DNA of 30,130 nt from a virus: the IMG/VR virus record IMGVR_UViG_3300045988_128138; one strand, given 5' to 3'. Every line of letters starts with the position of its first letter. The first letter of the stretch is position 1. Shown here piece by piece: positions 17,077 through 26,170 of the stretch. The notes under the pieces were generated by a model. That model worked only from the letters and a program-made list of their open reading frames with translations. It was not told the DNA's origin and did no database searches. The translations under genes were made by a program, and so were the position numbers.

Positions 17077-17321
17077 TTAAGGGGGGAGTAGTAATTAAAG
17101 CTGCTTCCTCCAACAATAATAACAATGTTTTCTTTGAAATAATCGACGTGCTTTGTCAACGATTTATAGGTTTAACACCGTTTGCAATATTAAACACGCC
17201 TTTTGACAAAGTTATAGAAATATATGTTGACTGTATTTTAAATGATAGAAAAAACAAAAAGGGTAATAAGCAAAGCGGAGGCATTGAGTGGGTTACTTCA
17301 AAGAATGCAACTTGGCACTAA
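16783..17321 (+). CDS. tail assembly chaperone -1 frameshift fusion product (G-T-like), about 182 aa
   Basis: slippery heptamer A AAA AAC at 17067-17073 in the correct phase; the -1 frame stays open for 83 codons (KKLIKGGVV...IEWVTSKNATWH) to TAA 17319-17321, just before the TMP RBS; a G-run follows the slip site. Confidence 0.65.
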
Positions 17322-17335
17322 GGAGGTGCTAAATA

Positions 17336-19285
17336 ATGGCTGAAAATGAAAGAACTATAACAACCGTTTTCAAAGCGGACATTTCACAATTTAGCGCCAG
17401 TACACAAGATCTAAACCGATACATTTCACAAGTTAATAGCGAATTTAAGAACGCTACAGCTTCAATGGGGCGCTGGAATGATAATGCGGACGGCTTACAA
17501 GCAAAATTAAATCAATTAAATGGCGTTTTAGACGCTGAAACAAAGAAATTAGAAGCAATGGAAAGCGCCTATAATGATTTAGTTAAGCAAGGAAAACAAA
17601 ATACTAAAGAGGCGCAAAATTTAGCTACAGCTATTAATAATCAACAAGCTAAAGTTAAAGAAACTAAGAAGAATATAGATTTTTACAGCGATAGTTTGAA
17701 AGAATTAAAAGACGCTGGAGTAGATAGCAAAGACGCTTTAGAAAAGTTAAATAAGCAAAACAAAGAATTAAAAGACAATGCAAAAGAGTTAGGCGGGAAC
17801 ATTTTAAAAGGTGCTGCTGTTGGCGTTGCGGGAATTGCTGCAGCTTGTGTAGGCGCAATTAAAGGCTTGTCGAACTTAGTTGAGGAAACTAAAGAATTAA
17901 GAACGCAATTAGGCCAATTAGAAACGGCTTTTGCTGCAAACGATCTAAGCGCAAAGGCAGCAGAAAAAACATACAACGAACTATATAGCGTTTTAGGCGA
18001 CAGCGGAAAAGCAACCGAAGCTAGTATGCATTTAGCACAAATTGCAAAAGACGAACAAGAGTTAGAAACGTGGACTAATATTTTAACTGGAGCTTATGCA
18101 CGTTTTGGCGATAGTTTGCCAATTGAAAATATAGCTGAGGGCGCACAAACCACTTTAACTTTAAATCAAGCAAACGCTGGAATGGTTGACGCTTTAGAGT
18201 TTGCGGGCTTAAATGTCGACGACTTTAACGCACAACTTCAAGGCTTAAATACCGAAGAAGAAAAAAGCGCATTTATTACTGATACATTAAACGAGATTTA
18301 CGGAGCGAGCGCTGAAAAATACAAAGAAGTAAATAAAGACGTAATAGCAGCTAACGACGCCCAAAATAAATATAATCAAGCAATGGCCGACATTGCAACA
18401 AAAGCACAACCAGCAATTACAACTTTTAAATTGGCAATGGTTGAAGTTTTACAAACAATTTTAGCTAAGTTTGAAGAAGTAGATTTAGAGGGCTTAATTG
18501 GCAAAATTTCAAACGCTATTACAACAGTTGTTAATGTTGCATTACCTCCATTAATGAGCGCTATTACTTGGATCTTAGACAATTTAAACTGGTTGGCGCC
18601 GTTATTAGGTAGTGTTATAGGCTTAGTTGCTGGAATTACTGGAGCAATTAAATTATATAACACTATAGTTACTGTTGCTAAAACGGTGCAATTAGCTTGG
18701 AATTTAGCATTAACGGCAAACCCTATAGGAATTGTTATTGTTGCTATTGGCGCTTTAGTTGCAGCGTTTGTACTACTTTGGAATAAATGTGAGGGCTTTA
18801 GAAACTTCTTTATTGGAATGTGGGAAGCAATCAAAACTGCTGCAAAAAGTGCTGGCGAATTTATAGGCGGTATTTTTGAAAGCATAATGAATACTGTTAG
18901 AGGCGTTATTAATGGAATTATTAAAGGTATTAATGCTGCTATTGGAGCAATTAATAAAATAAGCGTTACTATACCCGACTGGGTACCAAAATTTGGCGGC
19001 AAAACAATAGGCTTTAATTTAAAAACTATTCCTTTATTAGCTAAAGGCGCCGTTGTTGATAAGCCAACGCTTGCAATGGTTGGCGAGGCTGGAAAAGAGG
19101 CAGTAATGCCACTTGAAAATAATACAAGCTGGATTAATGAGCTTGCAAACAAAATAGGTGGAAAGTTACAAAGCCAAAACGTAGTTAATAATTATTCAAT
19201 TAATAATAAATTTGAAAAAATGGAAACGTCAAGGCTAGCGCTTCATAAATCTAATTTAGAATTAAAGAAATTAATAGGAGGCTAA
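17336..19285 (+). CDS. tape measure protein
   Basis: 649 aa; coiled-coil N-terminus; hydrophobic Gly/Ala-rich membrane-like central segments; located after the G/G-T pair. Confidence 0.85.
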   Translation: MAENERTITTVFKADISQFSASTQDLNRYISQVNSEFKNATASMGRWNDNADGLQAKLNQLNGVLDAETKKLEAMESAYNDLVKQGKQNTKEAQNLATAINNQQAKVKETKKNIDFYSDSLKELKDAGVDSKDALEKLNKQNKELKDNAKELGGNILKGAAVGVAGIAAACVGAIKGLSNLVEETKELRTQLGQLETAFAANDLSAKAAEKTYNELYSVLGDSGKATEASMHLAQIAKDEQELETWTNILTGAYARFGDSLPIENIAEGAQTTLTLNQANAGMVDALEFAGLNVDDFNAQLQGLNTEEEKSAFITDTLNEIYGASAEKYKEVNKDVIAANDAQNKYNQAMADIATKAQPAITTFKLAMVEVLQTILAKFEEVDLEGLIGKISNAITTVVNVALPPLMSAITWILDNLNWLAPLLGSVIGLVAGITGAIKLYNTIVTVAKTVQLAWNLALTANPIGIVIVAIGALVAAFVLLWNKCEGFRNFFIGMWEAIKTAAKSAGEFIGGIFESIMNTVRGVINGIIKGINAAIGAINKISVTIPDWVPKFGGKTIGFNLKTIPLLAKGAVVDKPTLAMVGEAGKEAVMPLENNTSWINELANKIGGKLQSQNVVNNYSINNKFEKMETSRLALHKSNLELKKLIGG

Positions 19286-19288
19286 CAT

Positions 19289-20164
19289 ATGAAATTATCA
19301 ATAATTAATAAAAATAATGAAATTTTAGACCTCCTTAATAACACAAATAAATTTATATTATTTAAAGCCGAAGCTTTACACGGCATAGAGACGGACATAA
19401 GCGAGAGCGAAAGCCCTTATATGGACGGATCAAACATTGATATTGTTAAGGCGTTACCACGTGGTATTGAATTAACTTTCAAATTAGTTGGCGAAGTAAA
19501 AGACAGTATTAACTTTTTTACTAAATACATAAAAAGTAAGCAATTTGTAACTTTACGAGAAATTGAAGACGACAAAGACATAATTATTAAAGGCGTTGCA
19601 ACAATACCACCATATAGTCGTATGCTTCAAGATTGTGAACTAACATTAACTATTTATTGCGGGCAACCCTATTGGGAAGACATAAACTATGTTGTTGAAA
19701 TTATAAGCGAAAAGATAGATTTATTATTTTTTCCTATAAACGGGCAATATTTTACATCAATTGGCCGGCCTTTTGGAGTAATTGACACAAGTTTAGAAAA
19801 AACTTTTATTAATAAAGGCGACGTTAGCGTGGGTATGTTATTAAGTCTAGTTGCATTAGGAATTGTTACAAAACCACGTATTAGCTGCTCCAGCGGCGAA
19901 CAAAACGGCTGGTATATGCAATTAAATTTAACATTGCAAAGTAATGACGAAGTTAAAATAAATACTGTTAAAGGTAATAAATACATTACTATTAACGGAT
20001 CAGATAGTTATAACGGAAAGCCTATTTTAAGTTATTTAGAATTTAAAGGCCTTGACTGGCTCCAATTAGAAACTGGCGCTAATACTTTTAATGTATCGAC
20101 AAGCGGAGGCGCAACGAATAGCAATGTTTATTTTAATATAAATTACAAAGCGAGGTATGAATAA
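19289..20164 (+). CDS. distal tail protein (Dit)
   Basis: 291 aa immediately after the TMP, the conserved Dit slot in siphovirus tails. Confidence 0.55.
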   Translation: MKLSIINKNNEILDLLNNTNKFILFKAEALHGIETDISESESPYMDGSNIDIVKALPRGIELTFKLVGEVKDSINFFTKYIKSKQFVTLREIEDDKDIIIKGVATIPPYSRMLQDCELTLTIYCGQPYWEDINYVVEIISEKIDLLFFPINGQYFTSIGRPFGVIDTSLEKTFINKGDVSVGMLLSLVALGIVTKPRISCSSGEQNGWYMQLNLTLQSNDEVKINTVKGNKYITINGSDSYNGKPILSYLEFKGLDWLQLETGANTFNVSTSGGATNSNVYFNINYKARYE

Positions 20165-20166
20165 TA

Positions 20167-21219
20167 ATGATACCTTATATTGAAATTGTTGATAAATACA
20201 CATTGAAAAAAGTTGCTTTAATTGAACCTAGCGAGTGCTGGTTTGAACTTTCTTATTATGATGTAGGCGAATTTGAAATTTATTGTAGAGCTTCAAATTA
20301 TAATATTGAAGCATTGCAAAAGGGCCGTTATGTAACAATTCCGAATAAAAATTATGTGTGGGTTATAACTAAGCTTAAATACACTTTTAATGCTGAGGGA
20401 ACACGAATGATAAGCGCTAGTGGTAAAGAGGCAAAATGGCTATTAAGCAAGCGTGTTATACAAAAGCCGTTAGACTTATCAACTTATACGCTAAGCGCCG
20501 CAATTTATAAGCTATTTAATGACAATATAGGCAATAGTGCTGGTGCTGCAAGAAAAATTAATAAATTTGAAACTAGATTAATTAATATTGATACACAATT
20601 ACAAGATCAAGCGACAAGAAGCAATTTACTAGAGTTTACTAATAATTTGTTAAAAACGTATAGTTGCGGATCAACAGTTACTTTAGAAAACGAAACTTTA
20701 TACTTTGAAATAATACAAGGTAGGAACTTATCAAATAACGTTAAATTTAGCCAGTCACTAGACAATTTGTTAGCCAGTACTTATGAAACAAGCGACGAAG
20801 AAATAGCAACAAATGCTTTAGTAGTTAGTACAATTGAAGATATTGATTATACACAAACGTATGATAAAGGCAGCGTTGGTATTAATCGATCAGAAATATT
20901 AGTTAATAGTAATTTATCTATTAAATATGAGGACGCTAACGGAGTAGAACAAGAAACAACCCCAACAAGTGATTTATTTAAAAATTGGCAACTTGAAGAG
21001 GGCAAAAACGAATTAACAAAGCATTATGTTATTAATAATGTTGATGGCGAAATAGATATTTTAAACTCAAATTATGTATATAATGTTGATTTTAAAATAG
21101 GCGATAAAGTAAGAGTGCAAGACGAATACTTTAACTATTATTTTGATACAAGAATAAAAAAATATACCTTTAAGCAAGACGCTAAAGGTTACGGCGAGGA
21201 GGCAGAATATGGAGGCTAA
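20167..21219 (+). CDS. tail-associated protein (Tal N-terminal structural domain only, prophage-tail-like)
   Basis: 350 aa after Dit; only about the length of a Tal N-terminal domain; no lytic-domain motif recognised. Confidence 0.5.
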   Translation: MIPYIEIVDKYTLKKVALIEPSECWFELSYYDVGEFEIYCRASNYNIEALQKGRYVTIPNKNYVWVITKLKYTFNAEGTRMISASGKEAKWLLSKRVIQKPLDLSTYTLSAAIYKLFNDNIGNSAGAARKINKFETRLINIDTQLQDQATRSNLLEFTNNLLKTYSCGSTVTLENETLYFEIIQGRNLSNNVKFSQSLDNLLASTYETSDEEIATNALVVSTIEDIDYTQTYDKGSVGINRSEILVNSNLSIKYEDANGVEQETTPTSDLFKNWQLEEGKNELTKHYVINNVDGEIDILNSNYVYNVDFKIGDKVRVQDEYFNYYFDTRIKKYTFKQDAKGYGEEAEYGG

Positions 21220-21222
21220 AAA

Positions 21223-21480
21223 ATGAGTGGCAATGAATTTATGGGATTATTAATAACAGCAATAATTACTTTATTAGGAATAACAAGCACGGTGGTTGCG
21301 ATAATTGTAAAACCTATAATTAATTTAAATAAATCAATTACAAAATTAAATGACAATATTGATTATGTTAATAAAAACTATATTACTTTAAATGAAAGAG
21401 TTACAAAGCACGGCATTGAAATTGACGATCACGAAAAAAGAATTTTAAAAATTGAATATAAAGAGGAGGCCAATAAATGA
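21223..21480 (+). CDS. XhlA-like small membrane protein (possible lysis-associated protein)
   Basis: 85 aa; N-terminal TM helix LLITAIITLLGITSTVVAIIV; C-terminal ITLNERVTKHGIEIDDHEKRILKIE resembles the XhlA-family coiled-coil motif. Confidence 0.45.
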   Translation: MSGNEFMGLLITAIITLLGITSTVVAIIVKPIINLNKSITKLNDNIDYVNKNYITLNERVTKHGIEIDDHEKRILKIEYKEEANK

Positions 21481-21860
21481 ACGAAATGTTATTAAATATA
21501 ATTAGCGTTGTTGTAACAAGTATTTTAATTCCTTTAATTACTTATCTAGGTTTAAAACTAAATACATATTTACAAACAAAAATTAAAAACAACGAAGTTA
21601 GCAAAAGCGTAGATTTAGCAACAAAAGCTGTTACTCTAGCTGTATCAAGCATAATGCAAACTTACGTTGACGATTTAAAGAAAAATAATGAATTCACACC
21701 AGAAGCCCAAAAACAAGCATTTTTAGCGGCAAAAGAAAAAGCCTTAAAACTAATTAATGAAGAAACTAAAAACGCAATAGGGGCGGTTTTTGGCGGTTTT
21801 AATGAATGGTTAGAAGCAGAAATAGAAAACAAAGTTAAAGAATTAAAAGAGGGAAAATAA
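21477..21860 (+). CDS. holin-like membrane protein
   Basis: 127 aa; N-terminal TM LLNIISVVVTSILIPLITYLGL followed by an amphipathic charged tail; adjacent to the XhlA-like gene. Confidence 0.4.
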   Translation: MNEMLLNIISVVVTSILIPLITYLGLKLNTYLQTKIKNNEVSKSVDLATKAVTLAVSSIMQTYVDDLKKNNEFTPEAQKQAFLAAKEKALKLINEETKNAIGAVFGGFNEWLEAEIENKVKELKEGK

Positions 21861-21861
21861 A

Positions 21862-23532
21862 ATGGCAGAAAAAAGTTTGTTTTTTAATGCGTTACCAGAC
21901 GCAACAAGTCAAACTGGGTATGATAGAAATTATAATGCTGACGATATAAGCGATTGGCTAAGCGTTGTTTGGGAAACTGGTATTGTAAAAACAAACACGA
22001 TCAATGGCGAGCCAACTGGTTTAAAAGTCGTTGCAACAACTGGAATGAATATTAGTGTTAATGCTGGTAAGGCTGCAATTAGAGGTAAAGCATATATTAA
22101 TAATGCTGCAAAAACTTTTACTATTACTACTGCTCCAACTGGTAGCGCTACAAGATACGATTACATTGTTTTAAAATTAGACAATAATGTAAGCGCAAGA
22201 TCAATACAATTAGAGTTAAGAACTGGTACAAGTACAATACCAAGTGTTATTAATTTAACACGAAACAACAATGTTTATGAATTAATGCTAGCTTATATTA
22301 GCGTAAAACCAAACGCAACAAGCATTACTACAGCTGATATTACTGACAAAAGAGGCGATATTTTTATATGTCCGTGGTTTACGGCTGTAAAAGGGTATGA
22401 AGATTATTACGATGCAATTATGCAAACTTACGAAAGCGTAGTAACAATGGCTAGCGCTGGCACAACCGTAATAACTAATTTAGCAGCTTCTTTATACAAT
22501 AATAAATATTCAATTATTGAAGTATATACGAACGGAATTAAGGAGCAAAAAAACGCCTATACTGTATCGACAAGCGGGAACTTTATAGTTATTACCTTTA
22601 CAGCTTCAAAAGCGGCTGGTGCTAAAATAACAGTGTATTTAGAAAACTTTATCGACGGCGAGGGTTTAAGCACTGCAATTGCTGGCTATAACCAATTTAC
22701 AGCTGACGTAACAGCTTTAAATACTAAAAATCAATATACATATGTTTGTAACGGTATTAACGATAATGTTTTAATTGGTAATATTGTAAGAGAATTCTTA
22801 CAAGGCGGCACTGATTACGGAACAATGAAGTTAAATGTTATTGGTACGCTTGGAATGACAGTACCAGTGCTTGGAATGGGAACAGTGTCCGATCCTTATT
22901 ATTGGTTTAATTTTAATACTGGAAGCAATAGAAAAGTTATTATTGATTTTTCTTCTTGCGGGCAAATAGCGCCAACAATAACAAATGGAACTTATAACGT
23001 CATTTTTCACTCAAACAACGATATAAATATCATAGGCGCTAATGTAGTCGCAAACAATACAGCAACTGATACTGTTATACGAATAATGAATACATTATAC
23101 GGCTCAGTTAAATTTGAAAATTGTCGTTTTTACATTACTGGTTATAAAGATAGTTTAATTGCTTTAAGAGGTACGTTTAATAATTGTCGTGGATCAGTAG
23201 CAAACGTTACTGAAAATAGTTATTGTTTCTTGCCAGCTTCAAATAGCGTCGTTAAATTGAATGGCGGCGAGTATTACGCATATACTGGCGATAGAAAAAA
23301 ACAAAGCGCTATTGTAGGGCAAAGCGGAGCAGATGCCGTAAGCATTTTATACGCCGTAAGCGCACCAACGTTAGCACGTAGTGGTTATTATCAAACAAAC
23401 TCATTAATACAATATGTGGGCGGCGGTATGTTGAATTGTACCGACTTAATAAGCGAGTTACCTTTGAGCGTTACGAGTGGAATTTCTAATATTAGAGGAA
23501 CAATTGCAAAGAGTAAACAAAACGTGTGGTAG
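21862..23532 (+). CDS. receptor-binding protein / tail fibre (XkdV-like N-terminal domain + beta-helix C-terminus)
   Basis: N-terminus MAEKSLFFNA...GYDRNYNADD...AIRGKAYINN...RYDYIVLKLD...VYELMLAYISV...ITDKRGD matches the conserved N-terminal domain of Bacillus/Firmicute phage fibres; the C-terminus has repeated NCRFYITGY / NCRGSVANV beta-helix-like rungs. Confidence 0.7.
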   Translation: MAEKSLFFNALPDATSQTGYDRNYNADDISDWLSVVWETGIVKTNTINGEPTGLKVVATTGMNISVNAGKAAIRGKAYINNAAKTFTITTAPTGSATRYDYIVLKLDNNVSARSIQLELRTGTSTIPSVINLTRNNNVYELMLAYISVKPNATSITTADITDKRGDIFICPWFTAVKGYEDYYDAIMQTYESVVTMASAGTTVITNLAASLYNNKYSIIEVYTNGIKEQKNAYTVSTSGNFIVITFTASKAAGAKITVYLENFIDGEGLSTAIAGYNQFTADVTALNTKNQYTYVCNGINDNVLIGNIVREFLQGGTDYGTMKLNVIGTLGMTVPVLGMGTVSDPYYWFNFNTGSNRKVIIDFSSCGQIAPTITNGTYNVIFHSNNDINIIGANVVANNTATDTVIRIMNTLYGSVKFENCRFYITGYKDSLIALRGTFNNCRGSVANVTENSYCFLPASNSVVKLNGGEYYAYTGDRKKQSAIVGQSGADAVSILYAVSAPTLARSGYYQTNSLIQYVGGGMLNCTDLISELPLSVTSGISNIRGTIAKSKQNVW

Positions 23533-23561
23533 GAAATACACAAGTAATATACAAAACTATA

Positions 23562-23590
23562 AAAAAAGCCTTTAAAACGGGCTTTGTAAT
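23562..23590. terminator. bidirectional rho-independent terminator between the convergent RBP and int genes
   Basis: stem AAAGCC/GGCTTT with a 9-nt loop; on the - strand it is followed by a 7-T run (complement of A7 at 23561-23567). Confidence 0.6.
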
Positions 23591-23700
23591 AATCACATTT
23601 CAATGATTTATAACTTTATAGAAAAATATAAAAATAGGCTGCAAACGTTGATATAACAACACTTGCAACCTTTTTTAATATTCTTTAAAATTATATGAAT

Positions 23701-23751
23701 TAGCGACACATTACCGACACAATATACAATAAATATACAAGCAATATACTA
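23701..23751. promoter_or_regulatory. putative attP arm region: three phased direct repeats AATATAC(A/T)A at 23721, 23732 and 23743, plus a fourth copy at 23546-23554
   Basis: repeats spaced 11 bp apart, immediately beyond the integrase stop codon; arm-type sites of tyrosine integrases typically cluster this way. Confidence 0.45.
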
Positions 23752-24765
23752 ATATTTAAATTTGTTTATGACTTTTATTAAGTCGTCAATATTCTTGTGT
23801 GTATAATGTTTAGTAATGTTATTGTTGCTATGGCCTATAATTCTTGAAACGGCTGTGTCGTTTAATTCGAGCCTATCACATTGACTAATAAATGTGTGTC
23901 GTGTTTCGTGCGGCGTATGATCCATTTTTAAAAACTCCATAACGGGCTTAAAAATATGACGTATGTAATAGTTGTAAGAAATAGGCTTTTTATCTTTTTC
24001 AAATAAGTATTTTTTATTATTTTCTAAACTAAATTTAACAAAGTCTAAAATATCGTTATGTATTGGAATAAACCTTACACCAGCTGGCGTTTTAGATTTA
24101 GCAATATAAATGGATCTATCTTTTAAGTTAATATTTTCTAAAGTTACCTCTAATAATTCAGTAATACGAGCGCCAGTATAAAGCTGAATTAGTATATAAT
24201 TAATAAATGTTTCGTTTTTATGTTTCCAAAGTGTTTTTATCTCTTTTTGAGTAAATGGCACTTTGGGTTTTTTTATTTCTACTTTTGGCATTTCTATAAA
24301 ACTTGCGTAATTTTTTTCTACTATTTCATTTTTTAAAGCATAATCATAAAGCATATTTATAAAGCTTTTAAAATGCTTAATTGTTGCGTTGCTTTTATTC
24401 TTATCTATTATTTCTTGCAAATGATATGTTTTGATAGACGAAAAAGCCATATTGTGTAATGGCTTAAAATGATTATAAATACTTATATAATTTTTAGCGG
24501 TACGAGGAGTTATATTTTCATATTTTCGTTTGCTCCAAGCGTTGTAAACATCATTAAAAGTCAAGTCTTTATTATCTAGCAAATAAGGTTTTTCATTATA
24601 TGCGGTTAGATATTTTAAAGCTTCTTGGCGTTTTTCAAAATAGCCAATATATTTATATATTTGGCTTCCGTTTTCTTTATAACCAATTGTTACCCTAGCC
24701 GCAAAAGGCTTGCGGCGTTTACCACTTAATTTAATAATTGATCCATAACCATTTGGGAGCCTCAT
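23749..24765 (-). CDS. int: tyrosine integrase
   Basis: 338 aa; N-terminal arm-binding-like domain; catalytic RITELLEV (Arg), HETRHTFISQ (His-x-x-Arg) and GHSNNNITKHYTH (Tyr). Confidence 0.85.
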   Translation of the reverse strand: MRLPNGYGSIIKLSGKRRKPFAARVTIGYKENGSQIYKYIGYFEKRQEALKYLTAYNEKPYLLDNKDLTFNDVYNAWSKRKYENITPRTAKNYISIYNHFKPLHNMAFSSIKTYHLQEIIDKNKSNATIKHFKSFINMLYDYALKNEIVEKNYASFIEMPKVEIKKPKVPFTQKEIKTLWKHKNETFINYILIQLYTGARITELLEVTLENINLKDRSIYIAKSKTPAGVRFIPIHNDILDFVKFSLENNKKYLFEKDKKPISYNYYIRHIFKPVMEFLKMDHTPHETRHTFISQCDRLELNDTAVSRIIGHSNNNITKHYTHKNIDDLIKVINKFKY

Positions 24766-24932
24766 ATATCTATATACTCCTTTAATTTCTTTTCATAAAT
24801 TACATAAGTATATTTACTAGACGTTTTAATTGCGGATCCAAAAGGGAATAGACCACGTTGTAAACCTATTCTAACGCTTTGAGGACTGCAGCCTAAAGCT
24901 TCTGCAACGTCATTAACAGTTATTTTACTCAT
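24762..24932 (-). CDS. xis: excisionase-like DNA-binding protein (56 aa)
   Basis: not in the ORF track; MSKITVNDVAEALGCSPQSVRIGLQRGLFPFGSAI is an excisionase-type HTH; RBS GAGGAG; its stop overlaps the int start as ATGA. Confidence 0.6.
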   Translation of the reverse strand: MSKITVNDVAEALGCSPQSVRIGLQRGLFPFGSAIKTSSKYTYVIYEKKLKEYIDI

Positions 24933-24938
24933 TTTCTT

Positions 24939-25274
24939 TTACTCCTCAAGTTGTAGATAAAGGCGCATTATTTCTTTGTAAATGTTTGCTTTTTCTGCAG
25001 CGCTTATTTCCTCATTTTCAAATAATAATTTAGCACGTGAAATTAAATCGTAGCTTGTAGCGTCGCCAATGGCGAAGTAGTCAATATTAACGCCTAAAAC
25101 ACTTGCTATTTTTTCTAATTCTTTTAAATGAGGCGAGCGCCTACCTATTTCATAGTTACTTATTGTTGCCCGTTGTATTTCTAACTTGTCCGCTAGTTGC
25201 TGTTGGGTTAGGCCTCTAGTTTTCCTCAGTATTTTAATTTTATGGCCTACCGAACTAACGTTCGTATTTTCCAT
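24939..25274 (-). CDS. cI-like repressor (XRE-family HTH, no peptidase domain)
   Basis: KILRKTRGLTQQQLADKLEIQRATISNYEIGRRSP HTH; 111 aa; transcribed divergently from the + strand early genes. Confidence 0.75.
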   Translation of the reverse strand: MENTNVSSVGHKIKILRKTRGLTQQQLADKLEIQRATISNYEIGRRSPHLKELEKIASVLGVNIDYFAIGDATSYDLISRAKLLFENEEISAAEKANIYKEIMRLYLQLEE

Positions 25275-25394
25275 TATTTACACTCCTTTAAATGTGATTT
25301 ATTTGTGTTATTATAAAAAAAATGCTACACAACGCAACATTTATTTAAATGATACCATATTAAATTTAGTATATGCAAATGGAGGAGTTTAACA

Positions 25395-25595
25395 ATGAAT
25401 AACAATTTTTATTTAGAAGAAATTTTCGAAAAATTATCAAAAGAATTAACATATAAAAATGTTGAAAGTAAAAATAAACTTTGTCTATTTTTAGAACAAA
25501 CTACAATGGCTGTTAAATTAGGACATATTACGCTAGAACAAGCCGACAATTACATAGATAGAGCGTTTACTTTATACGATACTCTACTAACATAG
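25395..25595 (+). CDS. hypothetical protein (66 aa), first gene divergent from the repressor
   Basis: RBS GGAGGAG; no HTH recognised. Confidence 0.4.
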   Translation: MNNNFYLEEIFEKLSKELTYKNVESKNKLCLFLEQTTMAVKLGHITLEQADNYIDRAFTLYDTLLT

Positions 25596-25666
25596 GTTAG
25601 TAGTTATTAAATGTGTCACTATGTTTACAAAAAATAAAAAAAATACAAAAAAAGTAAACAAAAGTA

Positions 25667-25695
25667 TTGACAAAGTAAAAATATTGTGGTATAAT
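25667..25695 (+). promoter_or_regulatory. consensus sigma70 promoter (TTGACA-17nt-TGgTATAAT)
   Basis: perfect -35 at 25667-25672, a 17-nt spacer, an extended -10 TGG and a perfect -10 at 25690-25695; drives 25747..26428. Confidence 0.75.
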
Positions 25696-25746
25696 GTTAG
25701 TGTAAATAAATGGTAAATGTTACCAATTAATTAAGGAGTAAAGAAA

Positions 25747-26157
25747 ATGACTAAAGAACAAAAAGAACAATTTAATAATTTTAGATTTGCTGGACTTGAT
25801 TACAAAGAAGCCAGTAACAAGTATTTTACAATGAAAAGAGTTAATTCAGATGGAACAAAGATCGTAGTAAAAGTTGCTCCAGATCATTTGGTTAAAACTA
25901 AATTTGGCTATGCTTTAATATTAGATAAAACACACGTTGTTTTTATAAAAGACTGGCAAGTTAATAACAACTTTTACGGTACTGAAGTAATTTTAACAAA
26001 AGAATATTTTAACGTAAAAGAATGGGGCGATCATAATGAATTTGCTATAAGTGACGAATTTTTAAGTTTTGAAAAATGGGTTGAAGTTGCAAAAGCACAA
26101 GATAATTTAAAAAATAGCGAGGGCTATCAAGTTAATCAAGTAAAATGGGAAAAATAA
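25747..26157 (+). CDS. hypothetical protein (136 aa); first gene of the repressor-side accessory operon
   Basis: RBS AAGGAG; no motif recognised. Confidence 0.45.
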   Translation: MTKEQKEQFNNFRFAGLDYKEASNKYFTMKRVNSDGTKIVVKVAPDHLVKTKFGYALILDKTHVVFIKDWQVNNNFYGTEVILTKEYFNVKEWGDHNEFAISDEFLSFEKWVEVAKAQDNLKNSEGYQVNQVKWEK

Positions 26158-26170
26158 GGAGGTAGTTAAA

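Noticed and set aside
18376-19152. 258-aa ORF on the - strand inside the tape measure gene, and similar - strand ORFs at 13395..13862, 29192..29755, 3154..3513 and 559..867
   Set aside because: They are fully embedded antisense to well-supported + strand genes, with low-complexity products and no RBS. They are shadow ORFs typical of AT-rich, repeat-rich coding DNA.
20167-21219. The Tal-like protein as the missing endolysin or tail lysin
   Set aside because: No catalytic Cys/His (CHAP or NlpC) or glycosidase motifs were seen. At 350 aa it matches only the structural N-terminal Tal domain.
25275-25394. Specific operator palindromes for the cI-like repressor in the divergent promoter region
   Set aside because: Only weak or imperfect symmetry could be discerned by eye, so no operator is called.
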